Positions 11,227 to 22,064 are shown, counted from the stretch's first letter. The stretch is 64,000 nt of DNA from an uncultured Solirubrobacterales bacterium (GCA_963797905.1 CAWCRB010000001.1:185286-249285); one strand, 5' to 3'. A program made the numbers and translations. Notes: generated by a model not told the origin, from the sequence alone.

Positions 11227-11303
11227 CTGGATGTACCCCCACTTGAGTTGAGGCCCCGCTTAAGCGGGGGGCACTATACATCCAGCCCCGCGCCCGGCGT
11301 CAA
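11227..11303 (-). promoter_or_regulatory. Promoter/operator of cupredoxin lipoprotein
   Basis: TTGACG-N19-TATAGT on the minus strand; 16-bp palindrome ccccgcttaagcgggg (11254-11269); inverted repeat ctggatgta/tacatccag. Confidence 0.5.
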
Positions 11304-11349
11304 GCTGCCGCGTCCGGTCGATCACACGGGGTGGTGGGGGTCGGTCGCG

Positions 11350-11799
11350 CTAGCCGGCGACGACCATCGTCTTGACCGTGGCGGTGACCCCGTCCACGAC
11401 CTCGACGACGACCATGTAGGTGCCGATGTTGCGAATCGGCTCCTCGAGGTGGATCTTCCGCCGGTCGACCTTCAGCCCGCGCGCGTCCCGGATCGCGTCG
11501 GCGATGTCCTGCGGCGTGACCGATCCGAACAGCCGACCATCGTCGCCGGCCTGCTGGGGGATCGTGAGCACGGTGCGGGACAGGGTCGCGGCGCTCTCCT
11601 GCGCGCGCGCCTCGGCCTCGCGCTGGGCGCGCTCGGCCTGTTCACGGCGCTGGGCGGCCGCCTGGATCGAGCCCGCCGTGGCCGGCTCGGCCAGCTTGCG
11701 CGGCACGAGGTAGTTGCGCAGATAGCCGGACGAGACGTCGACGACCGCGCCGCGCTCGCCGAGGGTCTCCACGTCCTGGAGAAGAATCGCCTGGGGCAT
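11350..11799 (-). CDS. rplI: 50S ribosomal protein L9
   Basis: ILLQDVETLG, GYLRNYLVP and GRLFGSVT. Confidence 0.97.
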   Translation of the reverse strand: MPQAILLQDVETLGERGAVVDVSSGYLRNYLVPRKLAEPATAGSIQAAAQRREQAERAQREAEARAQESAATLSRTVLTIPQQAGDDGRLFGSVTPQDIADAIRDARGLKVDRRKIHLEEPIRNIGTYMVVVEVVDGVTATVKTMVVAG

Positions 11800-11814
11800 C
11801 GCCTGTGCTCCGGT

Positions 11815-12129
11815 CTAGCGGTCGCGATCGCGGTCGCGTCCGCGACCACGCTCTTCCTGGCCACCCTCGCCGACGTACGGCAGCAGGGCGAGCTCCCGAG
11901 CGCGCTTGACCGCCCGGGCGACCTGGCTCTGGTGCCGGCGGCAGGCGCCGGTGATGCGCCGCGAGCGGATCTTCCCCCGCTCGGACACGAACCGGCGCAG
12001 CAGCGTCAGGTCCTTGAAGTCGACCTGATCGACCTTCTCGCGGCAGTACGGGCAGGGCTTACGGCGCCCCGAGGAGGGGCCGCCCTTCCGATCACGCCGG
12101 CGAACCGGCCGTCTACGTTGCTTTGCCAC
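11815..12129 (-). CDS. rpsR: 30S ribosomal protein S18 (Zn-binding C+ form)
   Basis: KPCPYC, SERGKIRSRRITGAC and RARELALLPY. Confidence 0.96.
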   Translation of the reverse strand: MAKQRRRPVRRRDRKGGPSSGRRKPCPYCREKVDQVDFKDLTLLRRFVSERGKIRSRRITGACRRHQSQVARAVKRARELALLPYVGEGGQEERGRGRDRDRDR

Positions 12130-12167
12130 CTGGCATCACCTGAAATCTCTTGACTATCGAACGCTGC

Positions 12168-12632
12168 TTAGAACGGAATGTCGTCGTCGGCAGCACCGGT
12201 GCTCACGGGCGTGCGCTCGAAGTCGCTGGCATCGATCGGGATGTCGCTGTCGGCGGCGCGAGCACCGCTCGAGTAACTGCTCCCGTTTCCGTTGCCGGCG
12301 CCGTCGTTCGGGCCGCCCAGGAACTGCACGGTATCCGCGATGATATCGACCGATTCACGCTTCTGTCCCTCGACCTCGTACTGGCTCCACTCCAGCCGGC
12401 CGTCGATCGCCACCGGACGCCCCTTGCGGAGGAAGTTCGCGCAGCTGTCGGCCTGACGGCCGAACACGGTGACGCGGAAGAAGTTCGGCTTCTCCTCCCA
12501 GTTGCCGTCCTGGCCCTTGCGGCGCGTGTTGACCGCGATGCCGAGCTTGCAGATCGACAGCCCGCCGGGGGTCTGACGGTGGTCCGGGTCGCGGGTGAGG
12601 TTCCCGGTGAGGATGACGCGGTTGATGTTCAT
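12168..12632 (-). CDS. ssb: Single-stranded DNA-binding protein
   Basis: INRVILTGNLTRDP; C-terminal DDDIPF. Confidence 0.98.
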   Translation of the reverse strand: MNINRVILTGNLTRDPDHRQTPGGLSICKLGIAVNTRRKGQDGNWEEKPNFFRVTVFGRQADSCANFLRKGRPVAIDGRLEWSQYEVEGQKRESVDIIADTVQFLGGPNDGAGNGNGSSYSSGARAADSDIPIDASDFERTPVSTGAADDDIPF

Positions 12633-12786
12633 GAAAACGGAGCTCCTTCGGCTGAATCGCGGGCTTGGCCGAGTCTAGGCGCGACTCAGGCGGCAGTCGG
12701 CGATCTGCGCGGAAAATGGGCTGAAAGGTTGCACTCTCGACGCAGAGCCGTCACACGCGGGCGGCGGCTGGGTCCTCGAGCGGTGC

Positions 12787-13218
12787 TCAGGCGGCCGGCT
12801 CTTCGCCGCCCTCGCCACCCGCGGGGGCACTGGCGGGAGCGGCGGGACTGGCTGCACCGGCGGCACCGGTGGCCGCGGCGCCGACGAGCGGCGGCGGCGA
12901 ATCGGGCGTCGGGGGCGTGCCCGGCGTCACCTTGATGATCCGGTGGCGCAGGACGTCGTCCGCGATCCCAAGGTTGTGGGAGAGGGACTCGAGCACCGGA
13001 GTCGGGCCCGAGAACTGGAGCAGTTCGTACTGCGCCTCGGCCTGGTGGTCGATCGGGAACGTCGTCGGCCGCACGCCCCACGACTGCTTGTGCTCGACGC
13101 GGCCGCCGCCCTGGTCGATCGTCGCCTCGACCTCGGTGAGGATCCGCGCGCGATCCTCGTCGGACGCCTTGGTCGACAGGAGTAGAACGAGGTCATAGAT
13201 GGTGGGGAGCTTGGCCAT
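12787..13218 (-). CDS. rpsF: 30S ribosomal protein S6
   Basis: YDLVLLL, WGVR...FPI and DDVLRH; canonical position before ssb; ATG 13218. Confidence 0.92.
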   Translation of the reverse strand: MAKLPTIYDLVLLLSTKASDEDRARILTEVEATIDQGGGRVEHKQSWGVRPTTFPIDHQAEAQYELLQFSGPTPVLESLSHNLGIADDVLRHRIIKVTPGTPPTPDSPPPLVGAAATGAAGAASPAAPASAPAGGEGGEEPAA

Positions 13219-13494
13219 GAGAGGTGGGCCCGGAGGCAGCGGGCGACTATAGCAATGGGGCCTGGATTTCCGGGGACCGCGACGCGTCACACGTGATTGC
13301 ACAGCGACCCTCCGCGATCACCGTCGCTGTTGACCCGAGACGCACGATTGCACGACCACCCGCCGCCGCGACGGTCGATGCGCACGATCGCGTCTCTCAG
13401 ACGCGGAATCGCGCCACGAGCGCCCGGGGCGCCGCTTGTGGCGCAGTTGCGCGTGTCCCCCCACCGCCCGTCCGGCCCCGATATAACGACCACG

Positions 13495-14076
13495 GTGCCG
13501 AAACCCCCCAAGCCCGACCTCCCGCTGCTCCAGTTCGACGGCCCCCTCGACTGGGAGCAGTGGCTCTCGACCCACCACGACACCCCGGGCGCGTGGCTGA
13601 AGATGGCCAAGAAGAACACCGGCGTCACGACGGTCACCTATCCGGAGGCGCTCGACGTCGCGCTGTGCTGGGGCTGGATCGACGGCCAGGTCGGCCGCCT
13701 CGACGAGACCTTCTATCGGCAGCGGTTCACCCCCCGGACGGCCCGGAGCAAGTGGTCCCAGCGCAACCGCGACCACATCGAGCGGCTCACCGCGGCAGGG
13801 CGGATGCGCCCGCCCGGCCAGGCCGCGGTCGACGCGGCCCGGGCCGACGGCCGGTGGGAGGCGGCGTACCCCGCGCAGAGCGAGGCGACCGTCCCCGACG
13901 ACTTCCAGCACGCGCTCGACGCCCATCCGGACGCGAAGGCGTTCTTCGCCACGCTGACCGGCTCGACCCGGTACGCCTTCCTCCACCGCCTGCACAACGT
14001 CCAGCGGCCAGAGACCCGGGTGAAGCGGATCGCGGACTACATCGAGCGGCTCAGCGCGGGCCGCACGCTCGACTGA
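13495..14076 (+). CDS. YdeI/OmpD-associated family protein
   Basis: EALDVALCWGWIDG, FTPRTARSKWS and VPDDF; TATAAC 7 nt before GTG. Confidence 0.9.
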   Translation: MPKPPKPDLPLLQFDGPLDWEQWLSTHHDTPGAWLKMAKKNTGVTTVTYPEALDVALCWGWIDGQVGRLDETFYRQRFTPRTARSKWSQRNRDHIERLTAAGRMRPPGQAAVDAARADGRWEAAYPAQSEATVPDDFQHALDAHPDAKAFFATLTGSTRYAFLHRLHNVQRPETRVKRIADYIERLSAGRTLD

Positions 14077-14089
14077 GCGCCGACGGCGC

Positions 14090-15989
14090 TCAGCACACTC
14101 GCAGCGACCCGGTCAGCGCCGTGCTCACGACCACGGTGATGTGCCGGTGCCGGCGCACCATCTGCTCGGAGTACGCCGCCACGATCTTCAGCCGGTGCGC
14201 GCCACGCCTCAGCCCGCGCAGTCGCAGACTGACCGTGCCCGGAACGTGGTGGAGCACGGCGTTGGCCGTGTAGCTCACGGTGACAACCGTCACGCGACGC
14301 CCGCGGCGGCGCACGACGTGGCGGTGCCGGTGGGCCACGCCCCGGTCGACGTACAGCGCCGCCGAGCGGAAGCTGAGTCGCGTCCGCCGCGACCCGCGCA
14401 CCGCGGCCGAGGTGAACGTCAGCTTCGCCGAGGACGAGGCGGCCAAGCAGATCCCCGACGGCGGTGTGGTGAAGGTGAGGTTCTGGTTGCCGAAGGCTCC
14501 CGTCACTGACGTCGACGGCGCGGTGCCGATCGTCTTGAACGTCGCCACCTTCCCGGTCGCGGTGCCGAACGGATTCTTGGCCACCACCTCGTAGGAGTAC
14601 GTCGTGCCCGGCGTCAGTTTGGGCAGCGTCACGCCGATCGCGATGGGGTCGGTGCCGGCGGGCACCGTCCGGGCACTCGCCGAGCTGGTCAGCGCACTCG
14701 TCGTCCCGTACCGGATCGTCACCGTGGCCGGTGAGCCGAGTGGGGTGACGGTGCCGGCGATCCTCGCGCCCGTGTTCGTGATCAAGCTCGCCGCGCCCGT
14801 GCTCGCGGACGGCGGGAGCTGAAGTGCGACCTGGGCGATCGCGCGCGTGGTCCCGTTGTCGTCGAACCACAGGTTGCCGTCGGCCCCGGTGACGAGCTGG
14901 TCGCCGTCGGCCCCGGCCCCGGGGTTCAGGCCCTTCGTCGTCTCCGTGATCTGACCGCTGGGAGTGATCCGCGCGACGCCGCCCGGTGTCGACTGCTCGA
15001 CCCAGAGGTTCCCGTCCGGCCCGAGCGCGATGTCATCCGGCACGCTCATCTGGTTCAGCCCGGCGCTGAACTCGGTGATCGTCCCCGACCGGGTGATCCG
15101 CCCGACGGCTCGCTTGGCCGCGTTTTGGTCGGCGAACCACACGTTGCCGTCGGGGCCGGCGGTGAGCGTGTCCGGCGCCGAGCCGGAGTTGAGGCCCGTG
15201 GTGAACTCGGTCAGCGTCCCGTCCGGCGTCACCCGCCCGATGGCCGAGGGAGTGCCGTCGTCGGTGAACCACACGTTGTTGTCGGGCCCGGTGGTGATGT
15301 CGTTGGGGAACGCGTGCATCTGGTCGAGCGTCCCGGTGAACTCGGTGATCACGCCGGCGGTGGTGACCCGGCCGATCGCCTTGGTGTCCCCGTGATCGGT
15401 GAACCACAGGCTTCCCGCGGAGGAGGTGAGGCTGTTGAGCACGCTCGTGTTCGACGCCACGCTGAACTCGGTGATGACCCCCGCCGGTGTGATCCGTCCC
15501 ACCGCCTTGGTCGTCCCGTCGTCAAGGAACCAGAGGGTTCCCGTCTGGCCCGACGGTGAGGTTGTTCGGGTCGCTCATGGGGTTGAGGCCGACGGTGAAC
15601 TCGGTGATCACACCGGCGGGGGTGATCCGCCCGATCGCGTTGTTCGCCGAACCCTCCTCGGTGAACCACACATTTCCGTCAGGGCCGAGCGTGAGATCGC
15701 TCGGCTTGCCGTGCCCGCCGAGGGTCCCGGTGAAGTTGGTGACCGTCCCGGACAGCGTGAACCGGCCGATCGACGGTGTCGTCCCGTTGTTCGTGAACCA
15801 CAGGTTGCCGTTGGACCCTGCGGTGAGCCCGCTGAAGTCGACCCCCGTGGGGAGCCCTGCGCTGTGCTCGGTGATCGCCGTCGCGCGCGCGCCGGCGGGC
15901 AGCGCGATCGCGACCAGTGCCGCGGCGAGGATCGCGATTCCCGCGCACCATCGCCGCCCCTCCACGATCCCAATCATCCCTGATGCCAC
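14090..15989 (-). CDS. Secreted Vgb-like beta-propeller + FN3 protein, frameshift near 15530
   Basis: Signal peptide and GPDGNVWFT repeats continuing across ORFs 15522-15989 and 14090-15502; FN3 (LTPGTTYSYEVVA); basic C-terminal domain. Confidence 0.8.
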
Positions 15990-16046
15990 GTGGCCAGGGA
16001 CATTACCTCCTCCGGCAACCCCGCCCGCTACGTCGGCGGTGCCCCG

Positions 16047-17498
16047 TCAGTCCTGCGCTTTGCGGTGGATGTCCGCAAGCTGATCGTCGATCCAATCGCC
16101 CGGGTTGCGCGCCGTGATGATCGAGCGCAGCCCCTCGTGCCGCCGCTTCCGCTCGGACTCGGGCATCGTCAGCGCCGCGTGGATCGAGTCGGCGAGTTCC
16201 TGGAGGTCGAAGGGGTTGACCGACAGCGCGTACTCGCCGAGCTCCTCGTGGGCGCCGGTGTTCTCGGACAGGATCGAGACCCCGAACCGCTCGTTGACGA
16301 TCGGCCCCTCCTTAGCCACGAGGTTCATGCCGTCGAACATCGCGTTGACGATCAGCACGTCGTAGTGCTTGTACGCCGCCACCGCTTCCTCCAGGTCGTC
16401 ACGCAGCTTGAGCTGGATCGGCATCCAGTCCGGTGATCCGTGGCGGTGGTTGACAACCGCGACGACCGCCTCGATCCGCTCCAGGTACTCGGCGTACTCG
16501 GGCACGTCGGTCCGGGACGGCATCAGCTGGGCGATGAACGTCACCCGCTCGCGGAACTCGGGGTGCTGCTCGAGGAACAGGTCGAACGCCGAGAACCCGC
16601 GGAGCACGTTCTTCGACAGGTCGGCGCGGTCGACGCGGAGGATCAGGAACTCCCGGCGGCGGCGCAGGAGCTCCTCCTCGAAGTGCCGCGAGCGCTGCCG
16701 CCGGGCGACCGCGGGCGAGGCGGCGGCGTCGATCGGCAGCGGGTAGGCACGGACCCAGACCTCGCGCCCGTCCTTACAGCACACGACGCCCCCCTCGTGG
16801 TCGACGTCGAGGCCGAGCAGGTCCTCGCAGCACTGGAGGAAGTTCCGCCGGTAGGAGCGGGTGTGGAAGCCGATGATGTCGTTGGCCAGGATCCCGTCGA
16901 AGATCTCCCGCCGCATCATCGAGGGCAGCACCCGCCACGAGTCCGACTGGCTCCATGGGATGTGGACGAAGTGGTGCAGGAACACGTCCGGCCGAACTCG
17001 GCGAATCATCGCGGGCAGCGTGTACAGGTGGTAGTCGTGGACCATCACCACCGGCTGGGACACGTCCTCGATCTCCTCCAGCACCGACCGTGCGAGATCC
17101 TCGTTGACCTCGTTGTAGCCGAACTCGAACGCCTCGGTCTCGTTGCGGCGGATGTCCGGCGCGTTCGAGAGGTCCCACAGATAGTGCTGGATGAACCACA
17201 GCATCGGGTTGGCGATGATGTTGTAGAAGCGGTCGTAGGCCCCGGCCTCGGAAGCGACCAGCTTGACGTTGTACTCGCCTCCGTCGGGGGCGCGGACCGG
17301 GAACGGGCGGCCGTCGTTGCGTTCGGCCACCGCGACGTCCTCGTCGGTCATCGCCGAGGCGATCCAGGTCACCTCGCGGTGGGAGGCGAGCCCGGTGAGG
17401 GCCGTGACGAGGCCACCCGTGCCCCGCTTGACCTCGCCGCCGGGTTGAAAGGTCACCGGACCTCGGTTGGAGACCAGGACGAGCGGCGAGTCGGCCAT
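16047..17498 (-). CDS. otsA: Trehalose-6-phosphate synthase (GT20)
   Basis: VSNRGP, GGLVTAL, VHDYHL, HIPW and DGMNLVAKE. Confidence 0.9.
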   Translation of the reverse strand: MADSPLVLVSNRGPVTFQPGGEVKRGTGGLVTALTGLASHREVTWIASAMTDEDVAVAERNDGRPFPVRAPDGGEYNVKLVASEAGAYDRFYNIIANPMLWFIQHYLWDLSNAPDIRRNETEAFEFGYNEVNEDLARSVLEEIEDVSQPVVMVHDYHLYTLPAMIRRVRPDVFLHHFVHIPWSQSDSWRVLPSMMRREIFDGILANDIIGFHTRSYRRNFLQCCEDLLGLDVDHEGGVVCCKDGREVWVRAYPLPIDAAASPAVARRQRSRHFEEELLRRRREFLILRVDRADLSKNVLRGFSAFDLFLEQHPEFRERVTFIAQLMPSRTDVPEYAEYLERIEAVVAVVNHRHGSPDWMPIQLKLRDDLEEAVAAYKHYDVLIVNAMFDGMNLVAKEGPIVNERFGVSILSENTGAHEELGEYALSVNPFDLQELADSIHAALTMPESERKRRHEGLRSIITARNPGDWIDDQLADIHRKAQD

Positions 17499-17520
17499 CA
17501 GGGCGCTGAGGGGGGAAGGA

Positions 17521-18769
17521 TCATGACGAGTTCTCTACCCCGTCCAGTGTCTCGAACAGCTCGAGCCAGTCGCGGAGCAGCCGCGGCATCAGGAAGCGCT
17601 TGCGGGCGCTCTCCTTGCCCGCCTTGCCGAGTCGTCGCCCGAGGTCCGGGTCGCGCAGGATCTCGATCGCCCGCGCGGCGCACTCCGCCGGCGTGGAAAC
17701 GAGGAACCCGGTCTCCCCGTCCTCGATCTGCAGCGGGATTCCGCCGACCGCGCCGCCGATGAACGGCCGCCCCTTCCAGATCGCCTCGGTGACGGTGAGG
17801 CCGAAGCCCTCGCGGGTCGATTTCTGGATCACGACATCGCAGTGTGACTGGAACGCGTTGACCTCGATCGCGCCGACGTTGTTCAGGTTGTTGAGGATGT
17901 GGATGTCCGGGTCCCCGTCGGCGTACGCGACGGTGGAGTTGAAGAAGTCCCAACCCTCCGGGTCGTCGGTGGCCATCGAGCCGACGAGCGCGAGCTGGAT
18001 GTCGGGGACCTCCTCCTTGACCATCCGGTAGGCGTCGATCACGCCGAGCGGGTCCTTCCACGGGTCGAACCGGCTCACCTGGCAGAGCAGTGGCCGGTCG
18101 ACGTCGATCCCGAACTGCTGACAGATGTAGGTCGCGTCGTCGGGGGCGAAGGCCATGTTCTTCGGGGCCAGCGGGTCGATCGCCGGCGGGAACACGTGGG
18201 CGTCCGCCTCGAGGCCGGGCGGGACGTAGTCCCGGAGGTGGAAGACGGCCGCCGGGTAGGCGTTGACCGACGGCAGCAGCCCGGCGAGGGTGTCGGGGTT
18301 CGGTGAGGAGAGGTCGATGTGGCAGCGCCACACCCAGTGGCGCGACTTCTCGCCCGACGAGGCCACACAGGCCGGCCGGCTGGGGGTCGTGGACGATCGC
18401 CACATCCCACCCGTCGCTCAGCTGCTGGGCGTTGATCTCGTTGTAGTGGCGCCAGGTCGCCCACTGCTCGGAGCTGAGGTCCTGCGGGTTGCCCTGGAGC
18501 GCGTTGTGCATGACCTTGGTGGCGTTGAAGAACTCCTCGCGGCCGTAGATGATCTGCCACTCGACCTCGATGCCGACGTCGGCCATCAGCGGCACGAGCG
18601 TGTAGAGGATCTCCGAGACCCCGCCGCCGAAGGCCGTGGCCGAGAGGTGGACGACCTTGCGGCCCTTCAGCCGCTCGGCCCGCTCGCGGATCTCTTCGAC
18701 GAGCGGGCGTCCGACGATGCTGGCGTAGTCGGAGAGGTTCTTGTGGGCGACGAGGACGTTCTGGAGCAT
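17521..18769 (-). CDS. TreT-like trehalose glycosyltransferring synthase (GT4), frameshift near 18360
   Basis: N-half SATAFGGGVSEIL...HDPQP; C-half WRCHID, QVSRFDPWKDP and EGFGLTVTEA. Confidence 0.85.
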
Positions 18770-18867
18770 GGCGGCGACGCGGCACGATACCGGTGATCTG
18801 CCCGCGGCCGGGGCTGAGGCGGAGCCACGGCCGGGTGCGAGCGCCGGAGGAGCCGCCCGGAATGCCG

Positions 18868-19809
18868 TCAGCCGCCGGCCTGCGAGCGCAGCCGGGCGAC
18901 CCCGGCATCGAGCGCGCGGACGAGTGCGGCGTGCAGCTCGGGGGTGCCCGCGGTGATCGAGGACATCTGGAACTCGTGGCCGGAGCCGAGCAGCCGGCGG
19001 CCGTCGAGCGGGGCGCCCCAGCCGTCGGTGACGATCCCGCCGGCCTCGATCACGCACAGCCATGGCGCCGCGAGGTCGTACGGGGAGTTGTTGAGGATCC
19101 GGCCGTGGCCGATCCGCTCGAACTCGGCCCGCAGACCGGGGACCTCGTCGACGAGCCGGGAGCCGATCTCGACCACCGCGTCGAGCTGGCCGGTGACCAC
19201 GCGGGTCATCACGAACGCCTGGGAGCCGAGCTCGAACGTCCCTCCGCCGACCGACGAGGCATCGATCAGCTCGGCGAGCAGTTCGGCCGTGGCGCGGGCG
19301 GGGCGGCCGCGGAAGCCGTAGCCCCAGAACATCCGCCCGACCTCGCGGTTCGTGCTGAGGCGGACCTCGCGGCTGGAGCGGACGCCCGCGCCTCGCCGTG
19401 CCAGGAACCACTCCCCCGACTTGATCTCCAGCACGCATCCGGCGAGCAGGTCGCCCATCACCGGATCGCCGTCGTGCAGCGGCGCGAGCGCGACGGCCAC
19501 GCACGCCGACTCCAGCCCGGCCATCGCCGGCCGCGTCCCGTCGATCGGGTCGACGACCAGCACGTGGGTCGCGTCGGGCGCGGCGACGAGACCGCGGTCC
19601 TCGGAGTAGAAGGCCAGCCGCGGGGCCCGCTCGGCGATGAACCGCTCGAGCTCGCGCTCGCCGAGCTCGTCGATCGCGAAGGTCGGATCGCCGCCCGCGC
19701 CCTCGCCGAGGTTGCGGCGGCCACGCAGCGAGCCGAGCTCGGGAAGCACGACGTCCCGCAGGCTCTGCGCGAGCTCGAGGATCAGCTCCGGTTCCGGGTC
19801 GAAGGCCAC
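18868..19809 (-). CDS. Inositol monophosphatase (FIG) family phosphatase
   Basis: SED, VVDPIDGT and PYDLAA motifs. Confidence 0.85.
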   Translation of the reverse strand: MAFDPEPELILELAQSLRDVVLPELGSLRGRRNLGEGAGGDPTFAIDELGERELERFIAERAPRLAFYSEDRGLVAAPDATHVLVVDPIDGTRPAMAGLESACVAVALAPLHDGDPVMGDLLAGCVLEIKSGEWFLARRGAGVRSSREVRLSTNREVGRMFWGYGFRGRPARATAELLAELIDASSVGGGTFELGSQAFVMTRVVTGQLDAVVEIGSRLVDEVPGLRAEFERIGHGRILNNSPYDLAAPWLCVIEAGGIVTDGWGAPLDGRRLLGSGHEFQMSSITAGTPELHAALVRALDAGVARLRSQAGG

Positions 19810-19860
19810 GTCGCGATTGTCGCCGGTCGACCGTCGAATCCGCTCGGCGCCGTCGCCCCT

Positions 19861-21267
19861 CTATGCCGGGAGCTCGAGCGTGAACACCGTCTCGCCCGGC
19901 TCCGAGCGGGCGCTCAGCCCGCCGCGCATCTGTTCGGCGAGCTCGGAGGCGATGGCGAGACCGAGCCCCGAGCCGCGGGCCCCGTCGGCGGTGTAGAACG
20001 GGTCGAAGATCCGCTCCATCGCCCCCGAGTCGATGCCGCTTCCGTCGTCACGGACGGCGAGCCGTACGCGCCCGTTGACCGACGAGCAGGTCACGCCGAT
20101 CCGGGTCCCGGCGGTTGTGTGGGTGAGCGCGTTGTCGAGCAGGATGCGGAGCACCTGGGCCGCCCGCACCGGGTCGCAGTAGGCGTCGACCGGCCGCGAG
20201 GGCAGTCGCAGCTCGAGGTGAGAGTCGTGGGTCGCGAGCGCGGGTTCGAACTCGGCCGCGACCGACCGGATCAGCTCGCCGAGGTCGACCTCCTCGGGCC
20301 GGAGCTCGAGCGAGCCGGCCTCGAGGCGGGAGAGGTCGAGCAGGTCGACGGAGAGCTTGCGCAGCCGCTCGGTCTGCGCGCGGACCTGCTCCAGGAAGCG
20401 GCGGCGGGTCTCGGGGTCGAGGTCGTCGTCCTCGAGCAGCTCGACGAAACCCCCGAGCGAGAAGATCGGCGTGCGCAGCTCGTGCGAGGCGGTGGCGATG
20501 AACCGCTTGCGGGTCTGATCGAGCGCCGCAAGCTGACGCTGCATGTCGTTGAACGCCTCGGCGAGCTGACCCAGCTCGTCCCGCGGCCCGACGCGGATCG
20601 GATGATCGAAGTCTCCGGCCGCGATCCGGGTGGCGGCGAGCTCGAGTCGCTTGACCCGGCGCGTCAGCGCCCGTGCGACCCCGTACCCGCCGATCGCGGC
20701 CAGCACGAGCGCGATCGCCCCGGCGACGAGCATCTGGTGGCGGACGGTGGCGACGCCGAGCACGATGTCCGAGAAGGGCGCCGAGTAGACGATCACCCGG
20801 TCGACCCGGCCCTGGTAGACGACCGGCTCCGCGGCCACCGCGATCTCCCCCGCATCGGTGTGCTCGGTCCCGGTCGCCTGACGGTGGGTGAGCACCGCCA
20901 TGCGCGCCACGGTGAACCCCAGGTGGCCGGCGACGCTCGCGCTCGTGGAGTCGGCGAGCGTCGAGATCTGCGGTCCGCCCGGCGTGACCGCCTCGCTCAC
21001 CGACAGCAGCGTCACGCGTGAGCCGGAGGCGAGCGCCGCCTGGTCGACCTTGGTCTGGATCGTGCGCAATGTGTCCGTCCCGCCGACGGTGGCCGCGATC
21101 GGCGCCGAGAGCCGCGTCGCCCGGTTGGCGAGCTCGCCGAGCTTCTGGGTGGCGAGCCGGCTCTGGAGCCCGGGGGCGACGTACAGGTACAGGGCGCCGA
21201 TGGCCAGGAACGTGATCGCCGAGAAGATCAGCGCGATCCGGTTGCTGAGCGACAGGCGCGGGCGCAT
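19861..21267 (-). CDS. Sensor histidine kinase (HAMP, HisKA, HATPase)
   Basis: Two TM segments; DELGQLA, ASHELRTP, LDNA, DDGSG and GSGLGL. Confidence 0.95.
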   Translation of the reverse strand: MRPRLSLSNRIALIFSAITFLAIGALYLYVAPGLQSRLATQKLGELANRATRLSAPIAATVGGTDTLRTIQTKVDQAALASGSRVTLLSVSEAVTPGGPQISTLADSTSASVAGHLGFTVARMAVLTHRQATGTEHTDAGEIAVAAEPVVYQGRVDRVIVYSAPFSDIVLGVATVRHQMLVAGAIALVLAAIGGYGVARALTRRVKRLELAATRIAAGDFDHPIRVGPRDELGQLAEAFNDMQRQLAALDQTRKRFIATASHELRTPIFSLGGFVELLEDDDLDPETRRRFLEQVRAQTERLRKLSVDLLDLSRLEAGSLELRPEEVDLGELIRSVAAEFEPALATHDSHLELRLPSRPVDAYCDPVRAAQVLRILLDNALTHTTAGTRIGVTCSSVNGRVRLAVRDDGSGIDSGAMERIFDPFYTADGARGSGLGLAIASELAEQMRGGLSARSEPGETVFTLELPA

Positions 21268-21282
21268 TCGGCAGCGGAGCGC

Positions 21283-21997
21283 TCAGAGGTCCGTGTCGCG
21301 GAAGCGGTAGCCGACGCCGCGCACGGTGAACAGGTACTCGGGATCCTTGGGGTCGCGCTCGAGCTTCTCGCGCAGGTGGCGGATGTGGACGTCGATCGTG
21401 CGGGGGTCGCGGTACGCCGAGTCGCCCCAGATCCGCGACAGCAGCATGTCCCGCGTGAACACCCGCCCCGGCGAGCGAGCGAGCGCCGAGAGGATCTCGA
21501 ACTCGACGAACGTCAGCTGCGCGTCGTTGCCCCGGGCCCGGACCGTGCGCTTGGGGAAGTCGATCCGCAGCCCGGCGACGCTGAGCGGCAGCTCCTCGGC
21601 GGAGGTCTCGGCGATCCGGCTCAGCTCGGCCCGGCGCAGCACGGCCTTGATCCGGCTCGAGAACTCGCGCAGCGAGAACGGCTTGGTGATGTAGTCATCG
21701 GCGCCGAGCTCGAGGCCGAGGACCTTGTCGATCTCCTCCGAGCGGGCGGTCAGCATGATGATCGGGACCGCGCTGCGGCTGCGCAGCCGCCGGCAGACCT
21801 CCAGGCCGTCGAGCCCAGGCAGCATCACGTCGAGCACGACGAGGTCGAACGGCTCCTCGTCGAAGCGCTGGAGCGCCTCGGTGCCCGTCGGCGGCGAGGA
21901 CGACGTCGTAGCCCTCCTTCTGGAGCGGGTACGAGAGCAGCGTCTGGATCGACTGCTCGTCGTCGACCAGCAGGATGCGGGCGCTTCTCTCCACCAC
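21283..21997 (-). CDS. OmpR-family response regulator, frameshift near 21885
   Basis: ILLVDDE in one frame; LDVMLP, GADDYITKPF and TVRGVGY in the other. Confidence 0.92.
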
Positions 21998-22064
21998 ACC
22001 GCGCAGATTAGTCGTCTTGCGGGCTATTTCACGGGAGCGCCCGAACTAAGCTTGCAGGCAGCCA

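Noticed and set aside
9937-12153. Long antisense ORFs (also 18793-21021, 47061-48728, 50271-52247, 59424-61631)
   Set aside because: Shadow frames of real genes, expected at high GC; no recognisable motifs.
14860-15860. Periodic repeats (GTGAACCAC, GAACTCGGTGAT) as a CRISPR-like array
   Set aside because: They are degenerate coding repeats of the beta-propeller, and no cas genes are present.
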